NCBI GenBank assembly: GCA_964057225.1
Contig: OZ059894.1
Coordinates: 6,572,001 to 6,636,000, forward strand
Reading direction: 5' to 3'
DNA: 64,000 nt
Source of the DNA: Auanema rhodensis
Taxonomy: Eukaryota; Animalia; Nematoda
Shown: positions 35,842 to 45,643 of the stretch, piece by piece
How the letters are laid out: every line of letters starts with the position of its first letter
Position numbering within the stretch: the stretch's first letter is position 1
Program-made: the position numbers and the translations under genes
Notes under the pieces: generated by a model
The model's input: the letters and a program-made list of their open reading frames with translations, nothing else
Told to the model about the DNA's origin: nothing
The model's database searches: none

Positions 35842-36207
35842 CGTTCCATTATGCTCCTACGTATATTGAACAGACCATTGTAGTCTGCTCAACTACGCGT
35901 ATAGTATTCCATAAGTGTAGCGGTATGGAAACAGAGCATAAGGATTACATAAGATAAGGAAATATATAGGTTTATTATACACAATACAATATCATTACAA
36001 TACATTAACACAAGGATAAAGTAAACTACATTTACAAGACAAAGACTAATATATAAGATTAACTAAGTTAGATGCAAACCGTCCATGGGCTTGCAAAGGG
36101 GCGAACTCCCGAATAGGGGCATGAGGGAAGGCGGTGCCATTCCTCATTCCTCTAGTCGGTCTGGCTCTAACCCTGCAGTTACATATATAGAGTCTCCGAA
36201 TGGAACG
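35842..36207 (-). repeat. Element A 5' LTR (366 bp)
   Basis: Direct repeat of 24137-24502; PBS follows on the - strand. Confidence 0.96.
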
Positions 36208-36308
36208 GTTTTCAAGCGCATTTTGAATGATCCACGATTTGAACTTCATTGGTCATTATGTAAACGCAATGACTGATTATTAAAGGTTCAAGTTATGTCG
36301 ATATCATA

Positions 36309-36380
36309 TCCGTTGTGGTCTAGTGGTTAGGATTTATGGCTCTCACCCATAAGGCCGGGGTTCGATTCCCCGCAACGGAA
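36309..36380 (+). tRNA. trnE: Single tRNA-Glu(CTC) sandwiched between the two retroelements
   Basis: Consensus tRNA inside the 305-bp array remnant 36208-36512; unit has the 11-bp trailer deletion. Confidence 0.97.
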
Positions 36381-36507
36381 TACGTTTTAAGTTTTTAAAT
36401 GATCAAGCTACTTCTGAAGTTCCATAACTTAATCATACCTTGATTCTTAGGCAACAACAATACTCCACGTTTTCAAGCGCATTTTGAATGATCCACGAAT
36501 TGAATTT

Positions 36508-36512
36508 CATTG
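36508..36512. repeat. 5-bp target site duplication CATTG of element B (partner 46292-46296)
   Basis: Empty site GAATTT-CATTG-GTCATC; CATTG on both flanks. Confidence 0.95.
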
Positions 36513-36762
36513 TGTGGCGTTATACCACAAGTGTATAGTATGGTTGGAAGTAAAACACAAAGCGAATATGTAGAAAGGGGTTTATTGATGAATTAACAAG
36601 ACAAGCACGGAATAAAATCACTGACTGCGAACGTTGAAAATGTAAGACTGATCTCTTCTCGTGGGCGGTCGTCAGCCTGAAACAAAGAGTTAGTCATGCC
36701 ACATGTATAACACAACATGTGGTATGGATAAAAATTACTTAGGAAGTTAGAAGAAAGAAGAA

Positions 36763-36804
<42 letters not shown>

Positions 36805-36872
36805 AGGAGAAACAAATAAAACAATTGTTGAAGATAAAAAAAATTATACAAACTCACTCGCTTATCGCGACA
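36513..36872 (-). repeat. Element B 3' LTR (360 bp)
   Basis: Direct repeat of 45932-46291, no difference seen by eye; AATAAA on - strand at 36581-36586. Confidence 0.96.
36767..36802. repeat. (GA)18 microsatellite inside element B LTR (second copy 46186-46221)
   Basis: Perfect GA run, same length in both LTRs. Confidence 0.93.
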
Positions 36873-36880
36873 CTCCCGGC
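36873..36880 (-). promoter_or_regulatory. Short polypurine tract of element B
   Basis: - strand GCCGGGAG directly before TGT of the 3' LTR, BEL/Pao-like. Confidence 0.65.
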
Positions 36881-36902
36881 AATGCGGGAATGAGAAGAAG
36901 GC

Positions 36903-37409
36903 CTACAAAGGTCTTTTACGTTTTATATCTCCACAAACCACTCCATGATGCGTATCCGCCTTACATCTATAGCAGGATACCTCGCATATCGCTGGATGTT
37001 TTTGATTCAAACATCTGATGCATAACCCCAGTTCATGAAGACGGAGAGTGCGTTCCGGTGAGGAAGGATAAATCGGACAGGCCGCAGTACGGTGCCCATC
37101 AGCTGTCGGTTTATTGCAGAATACACATGAAGCTTTAGGAGCAGTCTGAATGGTCAAATTGTCTAGTTTCAGATTTAACGAATGTTGAATATTGTCCAGT
37201 CGTTCGGATAGATGGTTCACCGCGCTAGCTAGGTGCTCGTAGAGCCTCTTTTCAAGCACAATTAGTTGCCTCAGATTGGCAGCAGTGTTAGGTAGATGGG
37301 AATATTTTTTGAGCTCTTCCTCAAAGGAAGCATTCTCAATTATATTCGAGACAATATCTTCCATTTTCATGGAATATAGGAAAGACATGAGCTGCATCCT
37401 TATATACAT
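36903..37409 (-). CDS. Element B accessory ORF (~168 aa): coiled coil + three CCHC-type zinc knuckles + basic tail
   Basis: CVFC..GH....C, CIRC....H...C, CYRC....HH...C, terminal KRKRPL; first ATG at 37409 (track start 37415 is GTG). Confidence 0.8.
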   Translation of the reverse strand: MYIRMQLMSFLYSMKMEDIVSNIIENASFEEELKKYSHLPNTAANLRQLIVLEKRLYEHLASAVNHLSERLDNIQHSLNLKLDNLTIQTAPKASCVFCNKPTADGHRTAACPIYPSSPERTLRLHELGLCIRCLNQKHPAICEVSCYRCKADTHHGVVCGDIKRKRPL

Positions 37410-37711
37410 GTTCACATCTGGACTTTAAACGCTGATTATCATCTATTAGTTCATTGCACAATGGTGTGTTTAGGTTATCTTGTTACAGATACAATGAATT
37501 TTAGAGCCTGTACAAAAGGTTATGTGTTATGTAACTGAGTTGGATAAAAGAAACTTGATACTACCATAAATTGAAAAGAAAGAAAAACTATGATATTGTT
37601 TTATTACAATGGTTATATTCGTACATAATGCTTTCTTTTTCTTTTGTTTCATTATTATTTCAATTTTTAATTTTAAATTTTATCTCCACAAGAAATTCTT
37701 CTCTTATGCTT

Positions 37712-39260
37712 TTAAAATCTTTGATCCAGAAATAAGGCTTTTGATTTTATCCACAGTGTGAATATCCTGGTAGCTATCCATTGTGTGGTTAAGACTGTAT
37801 TCAAAACTACACAGTACATGATGGGTGTACATGCCACATATCCTATGGTGGCAGTTATTGCAACGCCTATCAATATGATTCCCAACTTTGATAAAATTAA
37901 CTTGAAGATTGGGGCAAAGTCAATGGATTTGGATTCTGTACCCTTACTTGAGTCACTTTCGTTTATTTCATCTATGCTTGCTATGTGATGTAATATTCCT
38001 TTAATAATGATCTTAATTTTTTTATTGTCGCATGTGGTATGGCATAATTCATCAATCTGAGAATTTTCTCTTTTCATTGTTACTTTTGTGATTGCTACTT
38101 TTGGAGAGCATTTTATCATGAATACTTCTTTTTGACATTCGATAGAAATCCATGTTTCTTCTGCCGTAAGGCATTGGAATTCTGCGAATGCACCCTGCCC
38201 GCAGGAGTAGCAACCTGATAGTTTTGTCAGGGCAGGTGCGCAAGGCAAATTGTTGGAGAAAATCACTGAGTTTAAGAATAGGGATGAATCGACCGTAACT
38301 AAATTTTCGTCTAAATTCGTAGAGAATGATAACGTGTTATCTTTAGTTTTAAAGTTTTGGTTAGGAGATGTTATGTCTGATGTATTGGACATTTTTTCAA
38401 AAGTAGGGGTATCACACCTACATTTTATTTCATCAAATCTATTGAATGTGCAAGGGCAGAATGAGGATACTGTACAGTTATTAAAATGTTTTAATGCGGC
38501 TTCCTCTGTTGCACATTGAATTATTCCCTTTGTGTGTATATCCGTGATGTACGTGTTTTCTTTGGAGGAAAAAAATAATTTTGTGTACATTTCTGGAGGA
38601 GGTTGTGATTGTGATAACGTTGTTATATTGAAAAGTTGTTCACGATTTTTCGTGTAAGGTTGTAGAGTGATATTGTAATTATTTTTCTGCTGGAGTAATG
38701 TTGTTTCTATATTAAATACGGTTTGGGTGGACCAACTATCACAAGTATAGACTTCGTATACTTCCTCAGTGACGGGTATATGCTCTATTTTGTAGAAAAG
38801 GCACGGATCTGTCCAAATCATAGGACATGTGTAAAATCTCGCTGACGATGTGAAGCAACCTGATTGTGAAGGGGACGTATATGGTTGTAGTTCCTCGATT
38901 TTATTATGAAGCGAGTTAGTTTCACATGTTCCGTCACACGAGCCCCGGTGACGGCATCGTAATATGCTCAATATGTTGACGGTTGTCTGTCTAGTGAAGT
39001 ATCTAGTATTCTTCTGGCAGACATGTTCAGTATATAGTTTAGTTATTTTAAATTGACCAATTTCATGATTAGAATGCGTTATGGTAATGCATAATTGTTT
39101 TGTTCCGGGAGAAAATATGATATCTTGACTGTATTCGTGATAACAAGCTAAGTTGTCATCGCATCGTATGTTAACGAAGTGTTGAACGTGAACATCGGAA
39201 CATGAACTGCAGCTTCCAATACATAAAGCCAAGATGATTGCCAGTAACGATGGTAAAGAT
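37712..39260 (-). other. env: Element B envelope: phlebovirus Gc (G2)-like class II fusion protein
   Basis: Signal LLAIILALCIGSCSS|CSD, CQKNTRYFTR, RCRHRGSCDGTC, CLFY, LSGCYSCGQGAFAEFQC and C-terminal TM follow the phlebovirus Gc cysteine pattern known from nematode BEL elements. Confidence 0.85.
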
Positions 39261-42200
39261 GTTTGCGACCCTCTAGTAAAGAGAGAGAATTTTGGTGGCT
39301 TTCTCGTATGGTTTAAAATAGGGTAAATATGCTTTTGAACGGTTTCATGATCCACAATATTAGCGTCTTGTGTGTTCGTTTGTTTTAATTGCAATGTATC
39401 ATTGTGTTCTTCTGTTATTTTTTGATCAGTTTCATGATCTTCTTGTTCGGAGATTGTTTTATGTTTTAATTTCATGATGTTGAGCATGGTTTGAGTGTTT
39501 CTGGACCATGTCTTATATCTATATTGGTTGTAACCCATGCGGCATAGACAAGAGACTATGAGGGTAACGGCCATAATGGTTATTATCACTGTCCATGTTG
39601 CCATTTCTGGGGAGCAATGAGGATTCGCTATAAGTTTTGTGGTGAACATGTTAGAGTCCTTGCAACTATTGATTTCTTCGGCATATGTCGAAGTTATTAT
39701 AATCGGTAAGGAAAGCGCTTTCATTATGTCAGCTGCTACTTTTGGGTTTATTTTATTTTTTCTTTGGTGTGTAGCATAGGACATTTTTAGTGGGAAGGCT
39801 TTTATAATTTCCTTCTCAGTGACATCATCTTGTTCTGTATATTTTGCTGTTTTTACTGCTGATTGTTTTGTCTTATTTTGAGGTCGATCATTTGTGGCAT
39901 CCTCATTATTCTCTGTTTCTGGAGTGTATGTATTATCATGTTGCGAGTTATCTGATTCATATGCAATATCGTAATTATGGCTAACATCATTTATGTTATT
40001 ATTCTCATGTATTGTTTGATCTGTATGTTCTATAGGATGATCGAAAAGTATATTGTCTAATACAATATCAGTATGTGGGGTTCTATCTGTTGAGCTATTA
40101 TTTTCTTGAACTATGTGTGAGTTGTCTTCTATGATTTTGTTACTGTTAGTGTTGCATCTTATCTCTAGTGGATAGAGCTGATTAATGGATCGAATAATTA
40201 TGTTTCCATTGCTTGTTGCGACTTTTGCTGAACGTATGTTGCCATCTGAACTAGTGATTGTTTCAATGATGCGACCTAGTTTCCATGTTCCTCGTGGCAA
40301 CATGTCGTTTTGTATCAATACTATTTCATCTGGTTGGGGGAAGATGTTTGTGTGATTTTTTCTATGGTGTTTATGCTTAAATATATCTTTTAAGCTTGTT
40401 AGATATTCTTCTTGAAATCGTTTCCAAAATTTAGATGCTGAGTCTTCTGATAATTGAAGCGCTTCTAGCGCTTGCTCTGTTGATTGAATCGTTTGAATAT
40501 CGCTATGGATATCAAATATATGAGTATCCGCGTTGTTTTCAGGTAATGAAAACTTTATGGCTGATGTTAAAAAGTCAATTGGCCTTATGGGTAGAGTATC
40601 TAAATTATCTGGGTGTGGATGGGTGAGTGGGCGTGTATTAATTATAGCTTCTATTTTTACAATGGCTGTGTGTAAGTCATCCAGGGACATTCGACTAGGA
40701 ATGAAACATTTTTTGAGTGAAGCTTTGGTTACACCTACTAAACGTTCCCAACATCCACCTTTCCAGGGTGATAATGGAGTGTTGTATATCCATTTAATTT
40801 TTTGCTGTGCTAGTGTGTTTAGTAAGCTTCTTTCGTTGTAATCCGAGGTTTTTTCAAGGGTTTCTAATATTTTTGAGCTCAGAATAAAGTTTCCTGCGCA
40901 GTCACTGCGCATAATTTCTGGAGTACCTCTGCGTGATATAAATCTATTAAATGCATTCATAAAGGCAACTGTGGATTGATTGGTGACTACCTCTAAGTGA
41001 ATTGCTCTAGTTGTCATGCATGTAAACAGACAAATATGGACTTTAGACCCATTTCGAAGGGTGAAGGGGCCCATAAGATCACACCCTGTTGAAAAGAATG
41101 CTCTTGTAAGAATCGCTCTATCTTTTGGTAGCGATGGCATATCTGGTAATTCATAAGGGTGTGATTGAAATCTTTTACATGTCACACAGTTTTTCAATGT
41201 TTGTCTGATGACTCCGGTTATTTTTGGTATGTAGAATTTTTGTCTCAATTGAATAAGCGTGAAATGTTTGCCTTGATGATTATTGTCTTTGTGTATTTTG
41301 TTGATCAGTTTTTTAACTATGGGGTTTGTTTTAAGAAGGAATATAGGGTTTTTCGTCTCTTCGGGAAGAAGAGTATTTTGTAAACGGCTTCTTACGCGAT
41401 AAATATCCCATGTATCTTTGAAGAATTTTAGATTTATATGTCTTTGCTGTAAGTCATCAAGGCTCATATTAGATTGACTGTTACTGATCAAAATTTTTTC
41501 AATAATGTTGATGTCTTCAACAGTGTGCGTGTCTGTTGATGTGAGATGTTTTGTTTTTTGCAACTTGTTGGCGTTGTTAGGATGGACTTTAAGAAACCAT
41601 TTTTTGAATAATTTTCCTACGGTTGTCATTGTTTTGATCACATCATCATAGTTTTCACGAATGTTCCAAATATCATCGGTTGGAAGATTGTCTATAATTA
41701 TGTGGACCACATTGTGATGCTCCGATTCTGATTCTGCGTTATTCCTGTTAGAGTTCTTAGGCGAGCCGAATGATGTCAGAGGGTTATGAGCGGAAAGTTT
41801 AGTTAACCAATGTGGACCCTTTATCCAGTCGGAATCTTGTAGTTTCTCGATGTCTGCACCTCGGGATCCGATGTCTGCAGTATTGTACGAGGTTTGTACA
41901 TGATGTAATTCTACATTGCAACATACTTGTTTGATTTGGTGTAGCTGTTTATTTATAATGTTTGTTTGATTTTTAATGAACAGTGGGAGGGATTTTAGAG
42001 AAATAATCCATGATAGCGCGATGTTGCTATCGCTTACAATGTTGACTTTTGCCACTTTCGGGCATATGGTTACAATAGCTAATGCCATTCGTACTGCTAA
42101 GCGGATGGCTAATAATTCTAATCGAGGAATTGTGGTCTTATTTTTGGGTGCTATGCGGGATTTACCGTTGAGCAGAGAACTAATCTGCTCGTTTGTTTGG

Positions 42201-45200
42201 AAATATGAACATGCGGCCATGGCTTGGTTGCTTGCGTCAGCAAAGACCCATAACTGTGTTGTATGTTCAGAGAATTTAAAATATCTTCTCATGGTCAATT
42301 GCTGATTGTTAATGTGATTAATATGTTGTTCCCATTGTTTGATATTATCTGATTCAATGGGTTGGTCCCATGATAATTTTGTGTTTATGATTTCTCGCAA
42401 GATAAGTTTGAGAGGTAACAGTAATGGTGCTGCTAATCCAATGGGATCAAATATTGAGTGTAGCTGACTGAGTAGAATTCTCTTGGTGTAACTTGTGTGA
42501 GTCGTTGTTATTTTTATTGGGATAATGAAGGAGTCGTGTTCTTTATTAAAAGATATGCCAAGTATTTTGGTTGTCATGTTCGGATATCTGTCTTCTTCAG
42601 GAAGGTTCTGTATTACTTGTTCGTCGTTTGACAAGAATTCGCGAACATGCATGTTTATTTCTGTGAATAGTTTTTGGGTTTCTTTACATTTCTTTATAGC
42701 TTCTGCTGTTGTATTTGCTGTAAGAATGATATTGTCAACGTATAAGTTGTTCAGTATTTCCATAGCTAATGGGTTGTCTACTTTTGATTCTAAGAACCAT
42801 TTTATGCCCATGTTCAATACGCTGGGGGATGCAGTGATACCGAACGGTAATCTGTTGAATCGAAGGGTTATGATATTGTTGTGAGATATTGGGTATTCTT
42901 TGTTTTTTATCCAAAAGAATTTGCATAGATTTTTGTGATTCTCTGTCAGTTGTATTTGTAAAAATGCGGCTTTGATATCGCATGTTATTAATATTGGTCT
43001 TGTTCTGCAGGAGATCATGATGTCGTGTATATATGTGATAAATGATCGTCCTGTGTGTATTATCTCATTCAACGACGGGCTGTCTTTCTGTTTAGCGGAG
43101 GCGTCAAAAACGATTCTGAGAGGGTTAGCCTTGCTGGGCTTCCAAACCCCATGGTGGGGCATATAAAACTCTAAAGGCTCCTGGTGATTGTTGGGAATTT
43201 GTTCGACAATGTTATCTTTGAGGTAACTTTCAATGGTTGTAGTATAGTGTGAGAGCATTTCTGGATTGTGCAGTAACTTTCGCCATAGGGATACGAATCT
43301 ATGGTACGCGGGCATTTTGTTGTTTTTAAGATTTTTGAAGTTATTTTTTAACGGGAACGGTGCAATAATACGGTTGTTCTCAATTTTTATATCTTTTGAG
43401 TATTCTTCATAGTAATCAATAGTGCGGTCTGCGTTGGCATTTTCTGTATTGATGCCGATAGAATCCAGTTCAAACAGATTAGTGAGGAGTTCTTTATGAG
43501 AGGTTTCTTTTGTTATTTCTTCTACTGTAGAGCATAATATTACTTCTTGTTGTGTATTATCATCGGGAAGAGGAGCTTCTCCATGTATCATGTGGCCGAA
43601 TACCGAATTTTTCAATCTCATACGTGAGGGGAGTTCGGTTTCTTCGTTTAAATGCATGAACAGTTTGTATCTATCCATACCTATCAGTATATCCGGAGTA
43701 AATGATTCTCCGTTTGTTTGTGGATTGGCTAATTTTATTTTTCTTGTCTTTATAAATTTCAAGTCTTCTTTAGATAGTTTTGGACAACGTATGGGTGTGG
43801 TTAACATGGGTTTGGTGAATAGTTTTGTTACGATAAGGGATCCACTTGAGGTTCCAATAATTACCTTTACGTCCTGAACTTCGTGCGTTTCGGACAATGC
43901 TCCGATACCGTAAAAGGTTTTCTTTTGAGAACCAAGGATGGGCAATCCTAACTTAGTGGATAAGTCCTTGGATATAAAAGATCTCATGGATCCTTCATCT
44001 ATGAGCATGCGTACTTGCTCATATTTTTTACTATTGTGGTTGTATATGTTCGCCATTGCTGTTCGTAATATTACTTGACTTTCTTCAATATTATGGGTGT
44101 CGGCAATGTGATTAAGCGATACTGGTGCATTAAGTGCCTCAGTAGGGATTCGATTATTAGTGTCAGAGTCTTGTTTATATTCTGTTGTTTTTTTATTCAA
44201 TAATTCTTCTGTGGTGATCAGTAAAGCCTGATCTTTTTTAATTGTGGGAGTTTCTTTATCTTTTTGGATATTTTGTACACTTTTTCTTCCTTGTGAGCAC
44301 AAGGCGGAATTATGATCTCCTTGGCAATTGCGACATTTTTGTTTTCTGCATTCCGAACTTTTGTGTTTATCGGAAAAGCAAATCCAACAGATGGCCTTTC
44401 CGCGAATGCGGTACCTTCTTTTCTCTGGTGTTTCAAATGTGGTGCATTGATAAAAACGATGCTCGGATGAGTCGCAAAAGACACATGGCCAAGTTTGGGT
44501 TTTCCGTTGTTCTGCAGTGCTGTCTTTATGTGAAACAGATGTGACATTGTCTTTGTGATTTCGAAACTTTTGTTCATGACTATTTCTTGTTTGTTCTTTT
44601 AGAATAAACGAATAGATTTTATGGTCTACAGCTGCCAGCATTTCTTTAGTAGAATGGTAGTTGTTTGGATGAATTAGAATGTCTTCCACGATGTGGTATG
44701 GGAATTTGTTGAGAATCATCGCGGTACACATTTCGCGGGATACTGTAGCTCCGGCTGCTTCAATTTGCCTGATAAGTGCCTTGGTTTCTCCAAATGTTTC
44801 TTTGCATGCTTTTGCATTATTGCTTGCAAATCTCAAATTATGTAGTTGTGTTAAAAGAGAGTTGATATCCGACGAATAGTCTCCAAATTCAGAAACTAAT
44901 GCTTCACGCATGAGCTCATAATTTTGAGCAGAGGGTTCTATTCCTCTGATTGCTATTTGTGAATTGCCTTTGAGGCTTTCACAGAGTAGGTTTACCTTTT
45001 CTAAGGTTGTAAACTGTTCATTATCATGAACAAGTCTATCAAAACGGCCCCAGAATGATTTGAAGTTCTCTGGTTTTCCATCAAATGTAGGTAGCGACAT
45101 CGCTGGTTTTTGGATGCTAGTTTGTTGGATGTGTAGGAATGACTTGATAATTTCCAGAAATTGATCATTCGATTTGTTTTCTGTTTCATTGTTTTCTGTT

Positions 45201-45643
45201 GAGCAATTGCTGTTGTGCTCAGATTCATTCTTATGAAGCGTTTTTCTCAGCTTTCTAAGTATGCGTTCGGCTTTCATGATGTGTTCGTCAAGCTCAATAA
45301 TGGCGTTTTGAACCTTTTTAATGTTGGGTTCAAAGTCTTCATCGGATGTGAAGGCGATGTACTGTTCGTCTAATGCTTTACGAAGCGTTTTGTCTGATGC
45401 TTCGTAAAATTTTTGGAATTTTTTCTCGTTATCTTGATGATTTTTCAACGATTCTTTGAATTGGTGTTGGACTTTTGTCCAGCGAATGATAAGGCAAGAG
45501 AGGGTTTCCTCTTCTTCCTCAGTGTGGAAGTCGCAATCTACCAGAATACCAGGAAGGTCCTTCACTTCCATCTCGTATCGTGTAAGCAGTTCTCCAAGAA
45601 ACTGGTTAGATTGTTTGATATGATTGACAAAAAGGAGTGACAT
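37712..45643 (-). CDS. BEL/Pao Gag-Pol-Env polyprotein (2643 aa)
   Basis: ATG in AAAAATG context; LPTFDGKPENFKSFW (Pao Gag), 3 zinc knuckles (~44295-44490), protease LIDEGS (43991-43999), LRIVFDASAK, RLPFG, YVDN (42731-42742), FADAS, TIPRLELLA, integrase H..H..CVTC/DLMGP/SDCAGNF/WERLVG, Cys-rich Env with C-terminal TM. Confidence 0.96.
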   Translation of the reverse strand: MSLLFVNHIKQSNQFLGELLTRYEMEVKDLPGILVDCDFHTEEEEETLSCLIIRWTKVQHQFKESLKNHQDNEKKFQKFYEASDKTLRKALDEQYIAFTSDEDFEPNIKKVQNAIIELDEHIMKAERILRKLRKTLHKNESEHNSNCSTENNETENKSNDQFLEIIKSFLHIQQTSIQKPAMSLPTFDGKPENFKSFWGRFDRLVHDNEQFTTLEKVNLLCESLKGNSQIAIRGIEPSAQNYELMREALVSEFGDYSSDINSLLTQLHNLRFASNNAKACKETFGETKALIRQIEAAGATVSREMCTAMILNKFPYHIVEDILIHPNNYHSTKEMLAAVDHKIYSFILKEQTRNSHEQKFRNHKDNVTSVSHKDSTAEQRKTQTWPCVFCDSSEHRFYQCTTFETPEKRRYRIRGKAICWICFSDKHKSSECRKQKCRNCQGDHNSALCSQGRKSVQNIQKDKETPTIKKDQALLITTEELLNKKTTEYKQDSDTNNRIPTEALNAPVSLNHIADTHNIEESQVILRTAMANIYNHNSKKYEQVRMLIDEGSMRSFISKDLSTKLGLPILGSQKKTFYGIGALSETHEVQDVKVIIGTSSGSLIVTKLFTKPMLTTPIRCPKLSKEDLKFIKTRKIKLANPQTNGESFTPDILIGMDRYKLFMHLNEETELPSRMRLKNSVFGHMIHGEAPLPDDNTQQEVILCSTVEEITKETSHKELLTNLFELDSIGINTENANADRTIDYYEEYSKDIKIENNRIIAPFPLKNNFKNLKNNKMPAYHRFVSLWRKLLHNPEMLSHYTTTIESYLKDNIVEQIPNNHQEPLEFYMPHHGVWKPSKANPLRIVFDASAKQKDSPSLNEIIHTGRSFITYIHDIMISCRTRPILITCDIKAAFLQIQLTENHKNLCKFFWIKNKEYPISHNNIITLRFNRLPFGITASPSVLNMGIKWFLESKVDNPLAMEILNNLYVDNIILTANTTAEAIKKCKETQKLFTEINMHVREFLSNDEQVIQNLPEEDRYPNMTTKILGISFNKEHDSFIIPIKITTTHTSYTKRILLSQLHSIFDPIGLAAPLLLPLKLILREIINTKLSWDQPIESDNIKQWEQHINHINNQQLTMRRYFKFSEHTTQLWVFADASNQAMAACSYFQTNEQISSLLNGKSRIAPKNKTTIPRLELLAIRLAVRMALAIVTICPKVAKVNIVSDSNIALSWIISLKSLPLFIKNQTNIINKQLHQIKQVCCNVELHHVQTSYNTADIGSRGADIEKLQDSDWIKGPHWLTKLSAHNPLTSFGSPKNSNRNNAESESEHHNVVHIIIDNLPTDDIWNIRENYDDVIKTMTTVGKLFKKWFLKVHPNNANKLQKTKHLTSTDTHTVEDINIIEKILISNSQSNMSLDDLQQRHINLKFFKDTWDIYRVRSRLQNTLLPEETKNPIFLLKTNPIVKKLINKIHKDNNHQGKHFTLIQLRQKFYIPKITGVIRQTLKNCVTCKRFQSHPYELPDMPSLPKDRAILTRAFFSTGCDLMGPFTLRNGSKVHICLFTCMTTRAIHLEVVTNQSTVAFMNAFNRFISRRGTPEIMRSDCAGNFILSSKILETLEKTSDYNERSLLNTLAQQKIKWIYNTPLSPWKGGCWERLVGVTKASLKKCFIPSRMSLDDLHTAIVKIEAIINTRPLTHPHPDNLDTLPIRPIDFLTSAIKFSLPENNADTHIFDIHSDIQTIQSTEQALEALQLSEDSASKFWKRFQEEYLTSLKDIFKHKHHRKNHTNIFPQPDEIVLIQNDMLPRGTWKLGRIIETITSSDGNIRSAKVATSNGNIIIRSINQLYPLEIRCNTNSNKIIEDNSHIVQENNSSTDRTPHTDIVLDNILFDHPIEHTDQTIHENNNINDVSHNYDIAYESDNSQHDNTYTPETENNEDATNDRPQNKTKQSAVKTAKYTEQDDVTEKEIIKAFPLKMSYATHQRKNKINPKVAADIMKALSLPIIITSTYAEEINSCKDSNMFTTKLIANPHCSPEMATWTVIITIMAVTLIVSCLCRMGYNQYRYKTWSRNTQTMLNIMKLKHKTISEQEDHETDQKITEEHNDTLQLKQTNTQDANIVDHETVQKHIYPILNHTRKPPKFSLFTRGSQTSLPSLLAIILALCIGSCSSCSDVHVQHFVNIRCDDNLACYHEYSQDIIFSPGTKQLCITITHSNHEIGQFKITKLYTEHVCQKNTRYFTRQTTVNILSILRCRHRGSCDGTCETNSLHNKIEELQPYTSPSQSGCFTSSARFYTCPMIWTDPCLFYKIEHIPVTEEVYEVYTCDSWSTQTVFNIETTLLQQKNNYNITLQPYTKNREQLFNITTLSQSQPPPEMYTKLFFSSKENTYITDIHTKGIIQCATEEAALKHFNNCTVSSFCPCTFNRFDEIKCRCDTPTFEKMSNTSDITSPNQNFKTKDNTLSFSTNLDENLVTVDSSLFLNSVIFSNNLPCAPALTKLSGCYSCGQGAFAEFQCLTAEETWISIECQKEVFMIKCSPKVAITKVTMKRENSQIDELCHTTCDNKKIKIIIKGILHHIASIDEINESDSSKGTESKSIDFAPIFKLILSKLGIILIGVAITATIGYVACTPIMYCVVLNTVLTTQWIATRIFTLWIKSKALFLDQRF

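Larger units (their letters stand above)
24137..36207 (-). mobile_element. Element A: full-length Ty3/gypsy-type (Metaviridae-like) LTR retroelement with gB-like env between gag and pol
   Basis: Paired 366-bp LTRs, TSD, PBS, PPT, uninterrupted polyprotein with PR-RT-RH-IN order and gypsy-type RT motifs. Confidence 0.96.
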
